A DNA stretch of 64,000 bases from an uncultured Planctomycetaceae bacterium (GTDB lineage Bacteria; Planctomycetota; Planctomycetia; Planctomycetales; Planctomycetaceae). The stretch covers positions 192,001-256,000 of the forward strand of contig CAWFGE010000010.1 in assembly GCA_963815195.1 (NCBI GenBank), written 5' to 3'. This document shows, one piece after another, positions 22,214-32,366 of the stretch. The notes beneath the pieces are model-generated. The model did no database searches and had not been told where the DNA came from. It worked only from the letters and a program-made list of their open reading frames with translations. The position numbers were made by a program, and so were the translations under genes. Within the stretch, counting starts at the first letter, position 1, and every line of letters begins with the position of its first letter.

Positions 22214-22290
22214 ATCAAACCGTAGCGATTGAATAAGTGTCACAACAAATCGGTGGGCGGGGGCGGGGGCGGGAGGGGGCCTAGAGTTAC

Positions 22291-24492
22291 TTATTGAGAA
22301 TTAATCAGCAAATCGAGAACGGCCTGGACAGATTTGGAAACTGGAACCGCAAAAGCGGCAACTTTCTTCGCGGCTTCGATCAAACCATCGGCAGTTGCGC
22401 TTAGCATTTTAGGTCGCGGTTTTGACTTTGCTGCCTCCTTAACAAAATTCGTTAGATCGTCTTCGACTGTTTCACGAGTTTCGTCACTTTCACCATTCTG
22501 AACCAATTCCGCGAGAAGTTGGTTTACAGACGCCACAACGTTCTTTAGCTCTTCCTGCACGTCTTTGTCTTGATTTGACGCGTGAATAACCTTCAAACAA
22601 TCCGAAACCGTTTGATTCTTGCCGACGATGCTGTTCGTCAAATTGCTATTGTTAACATTGATCTTGTCACTCATGTTGTTATCTCCCATATGAACAGGAC
22701 TGTAGTAATGATTATGTTCGACGTGACTTCTACCAGTAGCTTCAATTGGTTTCTCTATTGTCTGATATCCATCCAACATTTCTTTTACACTAACTTCCAC
22801 CTCCAGCCCCTCTGGCACAAACGATCTTTTTTTCATGCGTTCAAGCGTTCTGAGATGGTCATAACTAACCAATACATGATGGTTTCCCGGTGCCGGTACT
22901 AATTCGGCCGCCTTAATCGTATTTCCGTGGATCTCCTTTATTTGGCTTCGTATCTCCGTCATCAAATACCTTCGTCCTTCCTGAAATCCTCTTACGCTTA
23001 TCACTATCTGATTACTACTTCCATCCGCGCGAACATGGGCTTCGTTTTTCCGATCATCCGAAATAAAGACCGCCCCGGTACGCCAACAGTAAAGTTTTCC
23101 GTTGTTGCTAAGAAGATGTCCATGCATTCGCATGATGAGCCTGGAAATGACTGAAGTTGGCAATAAATCGTATTGGTAAACCAAGAGCAAAACATCGTCC
23201 CAAGCCCCTGTTTCTGGTTCTTCAAAAGGTAAGAGTCCAGGAATCAAGAATTTGTTGCCGTTATCGAATGAGAAGCACAACTCAAATTGCTGCAACATAC
23301 CCAAAATAAACTCTTTCTTGTCGGCCGGATACTCGTCGTCCGGCAAAAGATGTTCCAGACGCGACCGATCAAGTACGCTATCCCCAGCCTCTTGGTTTCC
23401 GTCAATAATTCTGTAAAACCCTCCCGTTACCCAGTCAGGCTTAAGGACATTGGTTTCTTCCAGGGTTCGGGATCCCCTATAGTGGAGGGCGATTCCTAAG
23501 TCGTTTAGTAATCCTAGAAGTGTTCTTTGACTCGTCGGCTCTTCGATTCCCTCCGACATACAAAGTGTCTTAAATTCAGGAAACGACTGGTAATTTGAAT
23601 TTTCAATTTCAAGGCGGTTCTTAACCGCGAACCAACTCTTTGGTATAGGTGTATTCACATGGTCAAGTTTTCGTACTTCCTTTTGAATCAGGTTTCTCGC
23701 CTCATCGATCCCTTCCCCCGTTTTGCATGAGACACGTCTGATCACGTCGCGAATCGCTGGGTATTTCCTTTGCAGGTTGTTCCAGTCGATCTCTGCAACG
23801 TGCTGATCGGATTTGTTAGCAACGATCAAAACAGGTGCGTTGTTTGCTACATTTGCGATCGTTTTTAGCCAGTAGTCAATTCGGGTGTGAGATTCTGAGC
23901 CGCGAGAACTTACAACTAAAATGTAGAGGCTGCGCTCAGAAAGAAAGAACTGGTGTGTGGCGTGGTAGATATCCTGACCACCGAAATCCCAAACGTTCGC
24001 CTGAATTGGATCACCATGTTCGGCGAAGCTCCATCTCCGAATACGGACCCCACGCGTTACTGACTCATCTTCAAAAAACTCCCCATCGATCAAACGCTTG
24101 ACTAATGACGTCTTACCAACCTCACCGTCACCCACTAATAGAATTTTTGCTTCGTTAAGTGCTTCTTCGTCATTTAGGCGCGAAAAATAGAAACTAAGTA
24201 CTGCCAACGGATCATTGACCTGACGATCAATTTCAGGCGGAAGATTAAGCGATGGATTTCCAAAAATCTGCAATGTTCTCAGATTGGTAAGTTCCACAAC
24301 GGAAGCCGGGAGCGTTGCTAAGTCGTTCCCACCGATATCGAGTTCTTTCAAGTTGGCAAGCTGACCGATCGATTCTGGGAGTTCCTTCAATCGATTGAAC
24401 CGGGCAACGAGGGTACGCAAGTCACACGAGTTCGAAGAAAGCCACGGTTCCTATGGTAATCCTTTGTACAATTCGCAACCGAATTCAGAAGA
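22291..24492 (-). pseudogene. Roco protein, 3' part: last LRRs, ROC GTPase, COR and C-terminal helical domain
   Basis: P-loop GDGEVGKTSL, WDFGGQDIYHATHQFF, ANKSD and COR motif LKPDWVT..Y. Cut off from its N-terminus by the IS3 element. Visibly AT-richer than flanking genes. Confidence 0.85.
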
Positions 24493-24571
24493 TGTGGTGG
24501 ACCCCGAAAACTGGACAGCCCAATAAGGTAGAATTTGCGATGTTCATTTGTCGCATTGGGAGGTTCCGATT

Positions 24572-24862
24572 ATGACCAGGAAGCGTCGAGTTTTGGGGTC
24601 CGCGTTCAAAGCCAAGGTGGCGTTGGCGGCGGTCAAAGGGGATAGGACGACGGCTCAGTTGGCGTCGGAATTTGGCGTCCACACGAGCCAAGTCACGGCT
24701 TGGAAAAAGCAGTTGTTGTCGGGAGCCACTGAGTTGTTCACGGATGGCCGACGTAAGCGATCCGACGATCAATCGGCCAATGAGCAAGAACTCTATGAAC
24801 AAATCGGCCGGCTGAAAATGGAAGTCGAGTGGCTCAAAAAAAAGTCGCTGACGCTGGATTAA
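24572..24862 (+). CDS. IS3 transposase OrfA (HTH)
   Basis: AFKAKVALAA..LASEFGVH..WKKQL..LYEQIGRLKMEVEWLKKK. A8G slippery site at 24836-24844. Confidence 0.9.
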   Translation: MTRKRRVLGSAFKAKVALAAVKGDRTTAQLASEFGVHTSQVTAWKKQLLSGATELFTDGRRKRSDDQSANEQELYEQIGRLKMEVEWLKKKSLTLD

Positions 24863-25678
24863 GCCACGAGGTTTTGCGGGCATGGATCGAACCGAAGCAT
24901 TCCACGTTGAGCGTGTCGCGTCAGTGCGATCTGTTGGGATTGGCGCGGAGCAGTTGGTACTACGAACCTGGCGGCGAGACCGCGGAAAATTTGGAACTGA
25001 TGCGGCGAATCGACGAGGAATACACGCGGCATCCGTTTTATGGTTCTCGCAAGATGGCCGAGTTGTTCGGCGTGAATCGCAAGCGAGTGCAGCGGCTGAT
25101 GCGGCAGATGGGAATCGAAGCGGTTGGACCGAAACGCCGCACGACCAAACCGGGGGCGCGGACACAAGATTTACCCTTATTTACTGCGGAATGTGGAGGT
25201 TCTCCGGCCCAACCAGGTGTGGTCGAGCGACATCACTTACATCCCGCTTCGCCACGGGTTTTTGTATCTCGTGGCAGTGATGGACTGGTTCAGTCGCTAC
25301 GTGTTGAGTTGGCGATTGTCGAACACGTTGGAGGGGAGTTTTTGCTTGGAGGCGTTGGACGAAGCCTTGTCGATCTCGCGGCCGGAGGTCTTCAACAGCG
25401 ACCAGGGCAGCCAATTCACGGCGATCAAGTTCACCGAGCGATTGGAACGATTGAATGTCGCGATCAGTATGGATGGAAAAGGACGGTGCTTGGACAACGT
25501 ATTCATCGAGCGGCTGTGGCGGAGCGTGAAATACGAAGAGGTTTACTTGAAGGATTACACGGATGGTTGGGAGGCCGAGAGAAGCCTGCAGAGTTACTTT
25601 GAGTTCTATTGTGAGGAACGGATTCATCAGTCGCTGGGTTATCAAACGCCGGCGATGATCTACGAAGGAAAAGATTGA
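24829..25678 (+). CDS. IS3 transposase OrfB (DDE), extra frameshift near 25155
   Basis: PNQVWSSDITY, FNSDQGSQFT and DNVFIERLWRSVKYE. Confidence 0.9.
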
Positions 25679-25867
25679 AGCCTGCACAAAGTGATGGACG
25701 AAAAATGAAAACAAGTTTCGCGCAAAACCGGGAGGGAACTGGTGAGGTCTCGTCCCGGGCCCCTTGTCATCGGCGGCAGACGACGAGGCCTATGAGGGGC
25801 CTCGTCTGCCGCTGACTCACACCACTAAACAACCCCGTTTGCTGTCCAAAGAATGGGGTCCACCTCA

Positions 25868-26355
25868 AGATTCACCAGGTTTGTGAACCGATCTATCCAT
25901 TCTGGAACTCTCGTAATATGATTGTTGGACAAATCGAGACTACGCAATTTCGTAAGAGGCTTGAGTGAATCTGGGAATCCTCTCAACTCATTCCTTGCGA
26001 GGTACAGTGTCTCCAAAAACTCAAGTTCTCCAAGCGACTCCGGGAGTTCTTTCAAGCAATTGCCACTGAGATCAAGAAATTTTAGCTCATTGGCTCGCCC
26101 AAAAGATTCCGGCAACTTAACGAGGTTGTTTTCAGTCAGGTAGAGTTCCACGAGACTTGGTAGCTGACAGACGGAATTCGGTAGTTCTTCGAGGCAATTA
26201 CCACTAAGATCAAGAGACTTTACCTCCGACAATTTGGAAATAGACTCTGGGAGTTCCGTCAACCCAAGGTCATTCAGATCGAGGTGTTGATGATTCGCAG
26301 TTCGTGCATTGCTGATTCGCGCTTCAGCTTCCAAAAAACTCTCATTATGATTCAT
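25868..26355 (-). pseudogene. Roco protein, 5' part (leucine-rich repeats)
   Basis: ATG at 26355 after GGAGAC. Repeats such as LDLSGNCLEELPNS, LYLTENNLVKLPES and LDLSNNHITRVPEW, ending at the IS3 right end. Confidence 0.85.
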
Positions 26356-26731
26356 CTTGTCTCCCGATATTTGGCATTCCCCGCAGTATACAAACACTAT
26401 GTCGAGGATGCCACGGTTCATTCCCAATTTTACGGATCCTGGTTTGTTCGAGTCCCTCCACGGCCTGCCGTGCCGGCCATGCGAACAAGAAAATCTTCTC
26501 AATTCCGGCCCGGCTTTTGTAACCATGCGATTTATTGAGCCGGAAAAAGATCCCCGAATCCCAACGTTTTTGCTGATGAGCCGTGTGGCAATTTGACGCA
26601 CAATAGGATTGGCGGTCTGTTTGTGGGACGACGGCCGAAGTGTCCATTTTGCAAAAGCTGTTGCCATGTCCTCCACCACCGAGAAGAACGATCCGCACGG
26701 ATGCGGTTGCCACAACATGCACCAAGCCAAG

Positions 26732-27115
26732 ATAGGGGTAGGAAGGACCGATTGAGTTCAGTCCCCCCTCCCTCCGAACCGTGCGTGCGGGTCTCCCGCA
26801 CACGGCTCTCCAGAAAATGGTTTTACCTCTTCGAGGATTGACAGGCAACACGATGGGCTGCGACCAGAGAAAACAACCCAGCGCGCAAAGAAGGCATTCG
26901 GCCAGCGCTGATGGTCCTGTCCACGGCCGCGGCCTTTCAGCCCCAGACGTTTGTGCAGAATCGAACGCCGCCGCATTCGAATCCAGCCGTCCAAAGCCGA
27001 GAAGGTGTAACGGTGGCTGTGTTTGAAGTATTCAAACCAGCCGCGGAGCGTGCGGTTCACATCTTCGATGATCGTCTTCAAGCTCTGCACTTCGGGATTG
27101 TAAACACAGCGGTCG
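26732..27115 (-). mobile_element. Group II intron 3' remnant (maturase domain X plus RNA domains V-VI)
   Basis: Domain V GAGAGCCGTGTGCGGGAGACCCGCACGCACGGTTCGGAGG (26810-26771) and 3' end ...CCTACCCCTAT. Protein fragment NRTLRGWFEYF..LDGWIR..RWPNAFFA. Confidence 0.88.
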
Positions 27116-27129
27116 CCCCGCTCTAGTCG

Positions 27130-27367
27130 GGCTCCAACGGCCGGAAGAGTTGTCATCGCCGGAAGGCAAGGTCCAAATCGTATGGAGATGATCGGGTAGC
27201 AGGACAATGGCATTTACGTCAAATGGCCAAGCCCGTTTGCAGCCCCGAAAAGCCTCCCCCAACAACCGCTGGTTTCGTTGAAGATGAAACAAACGCCGAC
27301 GTTGGTGGGTGACAACGGTGAAGAAGTAGGTTCCCCCGGGAACATGAGCGCGGCGATAATTGGGCAT
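27130..27367 (-). pseudogene. REP-associated tyrosine transposase (RAYT), N-terminal fragment
   Basis: MPNYRR..PGGTYFFTVVT..IVLLPDHLHTIWTLP.GD (HUH motif), truncated at the intron fragment. Confidence 0.85.
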
Positions 27368-27391
27368 GGCAACAGTTTACCCACAAAAGAA

Positions 27392-27413
27392 GGCAGGCGG
27401 GAGCCTGCCCTAC
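27392..27413 (-). repeat. GTAG-type REP next to the RAYT gene
   Basis: GTAGGGCAGGCTCCCGCCTGCC (hairpin GGCAGGC...GCCTGCC) just upstream of the RAYT start. Confidence 0.7.
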
Positions 27414-27418
27414 AATTA

Positions 27419-27541
27419 ATGGCTTTGAACGCGGCTCCTGAAACTCGACGCTTCGTGGTCATGATCTGAACCTCCCAATGCGACAAACGAACATCGAAAG
27501 TTCTACCTTATTGGGCTGTCCAGTTTTTGGGGTCCACTACA
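27419..27541 (-). mobile_element. Truncated left end of a related IS3 element
   Basis: TGTAGTGGACCCCAAAAACTGGACAGCCCAATAAGGTAGAA... closely matches 24493-24613 in inverted orientation and includes the first OrfA codons (MTTKRRVSGAAFKA). Confidence 0.85.
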
Positions 27542-27578
27542 GGATTCGATCGTTAGGTCTGGCTGATGCTTGGAAACA

Positions 27579-28808
27579 TCAAGATTCATGGGTTTTATCC
27601 TCGAATTGGCTCGGCGACGCGAGAACCTGGAGGACTTCGTGGAACATGGTGATGTCCTCCCGTGTCGCAATCACGAGAATCCGGCCGGGCGAATCGGACG
27701 CTGCGATGTCGGCGTCCGGACGGCAACGGGCATTCGAGCCGGAATCGAGGACAAGGCCCAGGCAATCGAGGCCGCCACAGATTTGCTCTCGGACTTCGTT
27801 CGCATGCTCGCCGACGCCGGCGGTGAAGACTAAAGCATCCACGCCTCCCATCGTCACGGCCAATGCCCCGATCGCCTGCCGAACTCGGCGCGAATAAACA
27901 TCGATCGCCAATTGGGAGGACTCGCTCCCGTTCCGCGCCGCCGCGAGAACCTGGCGCATATCGCCGGAAAGATCGGAGACTCCCAAGAGGCCCGACTCGC
28001 GGTTCAGCGCGGCTTCAACGTCGTCCGCCGTCAGCCCGTGGGACTTTTGCACGTGGAGCACGATGCCCGGATCGATGGAGCCGCTCCGCGTCGCCATCAT
28101 CAAGCCTTCCAACGGGGTAAAGCCCATCGTCGTTTCCCTCGAGCGGCCGTGCTCTACGGCGGTGGCGGAGCAACCGTGGCCGAGGTGGCAAATCACCAAC
28201 CGAAGTTCCTCCACCGGCCGTCCCAGCAGTTCCGCCGCCCTCCGGCTGCAGTACGCATGGCTTAATCCGTGAAAGCCGAAACGGCGAATGCCCCAATCGC
28301 GAGTCCACTTGGCGGGAATGGGATAGGTATAGGCTTCCGGGGGCAAGGTGGAATGGAAAGCCGTGTCGAAAACAGCAACGTGCGGGACCTCGGGCAATTC
28401 CGCCTCGGCAGCCGCGAGAGTCTCCAGGCTCGGCGGATTGTGGAGAGGCGCCAAGTCTTTAAGAGACGCGATGCGCGAGCGAATGTCCTTCGTGATGCGA
28501 ACGGACGTCGTAAACGGCCCGCCGTGGACGATGCGATGTCCCACGGCCACCAATTCCGATGCGCGATGAGAACGCTCGTTTTTCAAATCCGAGAGGAATT
28601 CCCCCACCGCCGCCCGATGGCCTTTCCATGAAACGTTCCGGGAGACAGATCCATTCCCAAAGGCTTCAAATTCGTAGCGGGTGGTCGAACCGGCCCAATC
28701 CGCCAGCCCGCGTACAAGGACTGTCCCGTCCTCCACTCTCATGAGCGCGGATTTCAGGCTGCTCGATCCTGCGTTCAACAATAGAACACTCACGAACAGA
28801 TTCTCCAC
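27579..28808 (-). CDS. ackA: Acetate/propionate kinase
   Basis: LNAGSSSLK, GHRIVHGG, APLHNP, FDTAFH, GFHGLSH, MGFTPLEG and FTAGVGE. Confidence 0.93.
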   Translation of the reverse strand: MENLFVSVLLLNAGSSSLKSALMRVEDGTVLVRGLADWAGSTTRYEFEAFGNGSVSRNVSWKGHRAAVGEFLSDLKNERSHRASELVAVGHRIVHGGPFTTSVRITKDIRSRIASLKDLAPLHNPPSLETLAAAEAELPEVPHVAVFDTAFHSTLPPEAYTYPIPAKWTRDWGIRRFGFHGLSHAYCSRRAAELLGRPVEELRLVICHLGHGCSATAVEHGRSRETTMGFTPLEGLMMATRSGSIDPGIVLHVQKSHGLTADDVEAALNRESGLLGVSDLSGDMRQVLAAARNGSESSQLAIDVYSRRVRQAIGALAVTMGGVDALVFTAGVGEHANEVREQICGGLDCLGLVLDSGSNARCRPDADIAASDSPGRILVIATREDITMFHEVLQVLASPSQFEDKTHES

Positions 28809-28886
28809 GGACCGGCCGCGCTCGCTCTTGGATTTGTCAGTACTTTTCGGAAAGCGTTTCCCGATCGCCGTATTTGCCCTTCTTGG

Positions 28887-29240
28887 GGCTCTTCCGGAAA
28901 AAAGGGGGGCTTGAAAATGGCGGACATGCTGATTTCATAAGGGGTTATGTTCACAATCCGACCCCTAACGCGGAGAAACCAGTATGTCCACGAGTCTGTT
29001 ATATCATGCGTTTGGGATTCGCGGCTACGAATACCGGGCTATGAAATTCGACAAGGGAGAATTGCTTTTCAGGATTGAAGCCCCGCGGAAGTCGCTCAAA
29101 TGTCCGGCCTGCGGCAGTACGCAGGTGCATATTGACGAGTGGTGTGGTCTGGATTGAAATGGACGTGCCCAAAGTCGAATGCCAGAAGTGCGGAGCCAAG
29201 CGGCGTGTGAAGTTGGGGTTTGCCAAGCCGAAACGGAGAA
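28887..29240 (+). mobile_element. ISL3-family remnant (left end and transposase N-terminus)
   Basis: GGCTCTTCC end. ATG at 28984 gives MSTSLLYHAFGIRGY..CPACGS, then in another frame ECQKCG (zinc finger). Internally deleted and truncated. Confidence 0.75.
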
Positions 29241-29257
29241 CCGTGGACGGAAAGTTT

Positions 29258-30103
29258 TCAGCCGCCCCAGCGGGTTTTCATGAACTCGAGCGCTTTCTTC
29301 GCCAGGTATTCTTCGCTGGGATACATCTTTCGCCAGATCTTCGTCGCGGCGGCGAGGGCGGGGAGGGCCAATCCGAAGGCTTCCACCATCAGCCAGCCGT
29401 CGTAGCCGGTTTCTTTAAGGGCGGCGAAGGTGGTGTCCCAATCGACGTGGCCTTCGCCCGGCGTCGAGCGGTCGTTTTCGGAAATGTGCACGTGCACCGT
29501 CTGGTCGGCACACTCCTTGATCGCCTTGGCGATGTCCTTTTCCTCGATATTCGCGTGGAAGGTGTCGTACATCATCTTGACGTGCGGATGGCTCACCTCC
29601 CGGCAGAAGCGGGCACAGTCGGCCGCCGATGTGAGGAAATAACACTCGAAGCGGTTGAGATATTCGACGACCAGCGTGACGCCGGCTTTCTGCGCAGAGT
29701 CGCCGGCTTGGGCGAGGGTGTCTTTGCCGTGCATCCATTCCTCTTCCGTTGGGCCGGTTCCGGAGAAATGGCCGAGCGTGGAATGGATCGGCCCGCACAA
29801 ATGCGTCGCCCCCACGACCTGGCACATGTCGATCACCGACTTCAAATGATTGAGCCCCGCGTCGCGAACTTGGGGGTCGGTGGAAATCGGATTGCCCGCA
29901 ATGCTGCCGTGCACCGTGACCGCCGTCCGCGCGAGGCCCAACTCGTCGAGCTTCTGGCCCAGCTTTTTGAAGTGGGCTTCGTCGGCGGCGAAGATCGGCA
30001 GCTCCACGCCGTCGTAGCCCGCGCTTTTGAGCTGCTCGAGGTGTCCGTAATGGTCTTCGGTGACGTGGTCGGTCCACAGGAGCATGTTCATGCCGTATTT
30101 CAT
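29258..30103 (-). CDS. Sugar phosphate isomerase/epimerase (D-psicose/D-tagatose 3-epimerase family)
   Basis: EYLNRFE, DTFHANIEE, HVHISENDR and WLMVEAF. Confidence 0.88.
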   Translation of the reverse strand: MKYGMNMLLWTDHVTEDHYGHLEQLKSAGYDGVELPIFAADEAHFKKLGQKLDELGLARTAVTVHGSIAGNPISTDPQVRDAGLNHLKSVIDMCQVVGATHLCGPIHSTLGHFSGTGPTEEEWMHGKDTLAQAGDSAQKAGVTLVVEYLNRFECYFLTSAADCARFCREVSHPHVKMMYDTFHANIEEKDIAKAIKECADQTVHVHISENDRSTPGEGHVDWDTTFAALKETGYDGWLMVEAFGLALPALAAATKIWRKMYPSEEYLAKKALEFMKTRWGG

Positions 30104-30789
30104 CGCGGGGTTTCCTCAGGTTGGGGGATGAATGAAATCCAATCCGCCGGCAGCAGGTCGGGAAGATGCCGTTCCACAACGGTCCAGCCGCCGGCGATGA
30201 CTTGTGCCGTGCTTAAAGGAAGCGGCCTCAGTTTGATCCGCCGGACCACTTGGTTCAAGCGAAACAGCAGTTTCGGGGCTTCCAAATAATCAAAAAGAAA
30301 CCGCGCCTCCAAAAACCGTTCCACGAACCACGCCAAGGAGGCCGGCTCCCGCCCGGCGATTCGGGCGACGGTCTCTGCGATCCAAGCCGGCTTCACCGCG
30401 CCGAGGGCAGTGTAATAGTCCGGGAGCCTTTGCGGGTTTTTCGCGATCAACACCCCGTCCAACAGCAACTCCGCGGCGATGTGCCCCAGAAAGGCGGCGC
30501 GGGGATTTTCATTGGTCTTCTTCAAATGTTCGCGGAAGCGGTTCTTCAATTCGCCGGCAACGTGCTCGAACGCGGGCGTCGCGTGGAACCAGTCATCATC
30601 CTCCAGATGCCTTAAAATCCCCGCCGCGAATCGGTCCGTCGGCGACCCGGAACCGTCGGCCCAAGGCAGCACCTGCTCCCGCCGCAGCCGAGTTTTCCGG
30701 TCCGCCGCGTTGAGCCAATCCGGCACCGCCGTGCCCGACAGAAAATAAGGCTCGTCGACAAACGCCATTCCATGAGCAAAATAATTCAT
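30100..30789 (-). CDS. Hypothetical protein, AcpH-like metal hydrolase
   Basis: MNYFAH, PDW, HLEDDDWFH and GHIAAELLLD. Confidence 0.55.
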   Translation of the reverse strand: MNYFAHGMAFVDEPYFLSGTAVPDWLNAADRKTRLRREQVLPWADGSGSPTDRFAAGILRHLEDDDWFHATPAFEHVAGELKNRFREHLKKTNENPRAAFLGHIAAELLLDGVLIAKNPQRLPDYYTALGAVKPAWIAETVARIAGREPASLAWFVERFLEARFLFDYLEAPKLLFRLNQVVRRIKLRPLPLSTAQVIAGGWTVVERHLPDLLPADWISFIPQPEETPR

Positions 30790-30950
30790 GCTGTTCTACG
30801 ATTTCGTGTCTTTCGTGTGATTCGTGGTTCCCGTCTTTTTGGTTCCCATATTGCGAAGTGAACTTCCATTGTGCACAATCGCAAGGTGTTGTCCAATCGC
30901 AAAGAATCCTTTCGGGAATGCCTTTTCGTCTTACGGTTTCCGGTGAGTTT

Positions 30951-31814
30951 ATGGCGTCCGGCGATGTTTTGCGGCTGATTGTGTTGGCCCGGGATCAAAG
31001 TCCGCGCGTGCAAAACGCCTGGCGGGAGCTGGCGGATTTTCTGAAGCATCAGGCCGAAACGGAATTGGTCGCGGCCCAGGTCACGGAGGACTTGGAACTC
31101 GACGGCCTCGACGCAGATTTCGTGATCGTCTTGGGCGGCGACGGCGCGATCTTGAGGGCCTGCCATCAATTGGGATACCGCCAGTTGCCCATCTTGGGGA
31201 TCAACCTGGGCCGATTGGGTTTTCTCGCCGACCTCTCTCCCGAAGAGTTCCGCGATTCGTTTCCCAGCATCCGGGCCGGGATGTACCGCGTGGCGGAGCA
31301 TTTGATGTTTGAATGCTGCGTCCGCCGCGCGGACGGCAGCCACCTTCGCTGGCTCGGTCTGAACGAAGTCGCGGTCTCGGCGGGGGCTTCGTTCCGGATG
31401 ATCGACGTCGAGCTTCACATCGACGAGGAGCGGGTGACGACCTACAGCTGCGACGGCCTGATCGTCAGCACGCCCGTCGGGTCCACGGCTCACAGCCTCT
31501 CGGCGGGAGGGCCGATCCTGCGGCAGGATTTATCCGCTTTCGTCATCACCCCCATCTGCCCCCACACCCTGACCAACCGCCCGCTGATCGATGACGCCGA
31601 CGCCGTTTACACGCTCCGCGTCCCCGGCGCCCCCGAAGGCGTGCAGGTCGTGATCGACGGGCAGCAACGGGAAGCGATCCGCGAAGGCGACCGCATCGAA
31701 ATCCGCAAGGCCCCGGTGACCTTCAAACTCGTCCGCGTCCCGCACCACAGCTACTACGCGACCCTCCACAAAAAACTCGGCTGGGGCGGCCAACCCCGCT
31801 ACCGCCGGCAGTGA
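30951..31814 (+). CDS. nadK: NAD kinase
   Basis: LGGDGAIL, GINLGRLGFL, LNE and DGLIVSTPVGSTAHSLSAGGP. Confidence 0.93.
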   Translation: MASGDVLRLIVLARDQSPRVQNAWRELADFLKHQAETELVAAQVTEDLELDGLDADFVIVLGGDGAILRACHQLGYRQLPILGINLGRLGFLADLSPEEFRDSFPSIRAGMYRVAEHLMFECCVRRADGSHLRWLGLNEVAVSAGASFRMIDVELHIDEERVTTYSCDGLIVSTPVGSTAHSLSAGGPILRQDLSAFVITPICPHTLTNRPLIDDADAVYTLRVPGAPEGVQVVIDGQQREAIREGDRIEIRKAPVTFKLVRVPHHSYYATLHKKLGWGGQPRYRRQ

Positions 31815-32215
31815 GGAGAAGACTCTGTCGCGAAGACAGAAATTTTTCGAGCTTGGCAAGAATCACAACGTCGCCTTGCCGTCGGCTTCATTGACCAGCA
31901 TGCAGCAACCCTTTTCAATTGTTTGCGAGGCCGTCTCCGGGAACGGTTTCGCCAAGAATTCCTTCATCCCCTCTCCAAACTGGCCCCTCAATTAAAAGCT
32001 GGCGGCGATCTCCAAAACCTCATCACCGGCATGATGTCTCAAATCGACAGAATTGAAGGACTTGTCTAGAGAGCCAGTAGGGAACCGGTCGTCTGTTCGC
32101 AAGCCGTGGAATCGCCAAGATGCATTGAGCCAAGGCCGCTAAGACTCGGATTCCTGTAAATTCCGTCAGCCTGGTCTCGCGGCATCCACGGCAACAAAGC
32201 AAAAAACCACCACGC

Positions 32216-32244
32216 TTGACAGCCCTTTCCAAGCCTGCTAATTT
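32216..32244 (+). promoter_or_regulatory. Sigma70-like promoter upstream of tRNA-Ala
   Basis: TTGACA, 17-nt spacer, then TAATTT, with a TG extended -10. Confidence 0.6.
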
Positions 32245-32293
32245 TCCAACCACATCACCCCCCATCCAATGGGGATCAATTCAGTGATGAATT

Positions 32294-32366
32294 GGGGGAT
32301 TAGCTCAGTTGGGAGAGCGTCTGGCTGGCAGCCAGAAGGTCAGGGGTTCGAGTCCCCTATCCTCCA
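32294..32366 (+). tRNA. tRNA-Ala(GGC)
   Basis: Acceptor stem GGGGGAT/ATCCTCC with G3:U70, D-arm TAGCTCAGTTGGGAGAGC, anticodon arm TCTGG-CTGGCAG-CCAGA and T-loop GGTTCGAGTCC. No encoded CCA. Confidence 0.95.

Larger units (their letters stand above)
24493..25867 (+). mobile_element. IS3-family insertion sequence (1375 bp)
   Basis: Left IR TGTGGTGGACCCCGAAAACTGGACAG; right IR (reverse complement) TGAGGTGGACCCCATTCTTTGGACAG. A 3-bp direct repeat AGA flanks both ends. Confidence 0.93.

Noticed and set aside
22240..22290. Integron attC-like site after the Roco gene (CACAAC...GTTAC)
   Set aside because: The interior is a G-run with no complementary arms, and there is no integron integrase in the window.
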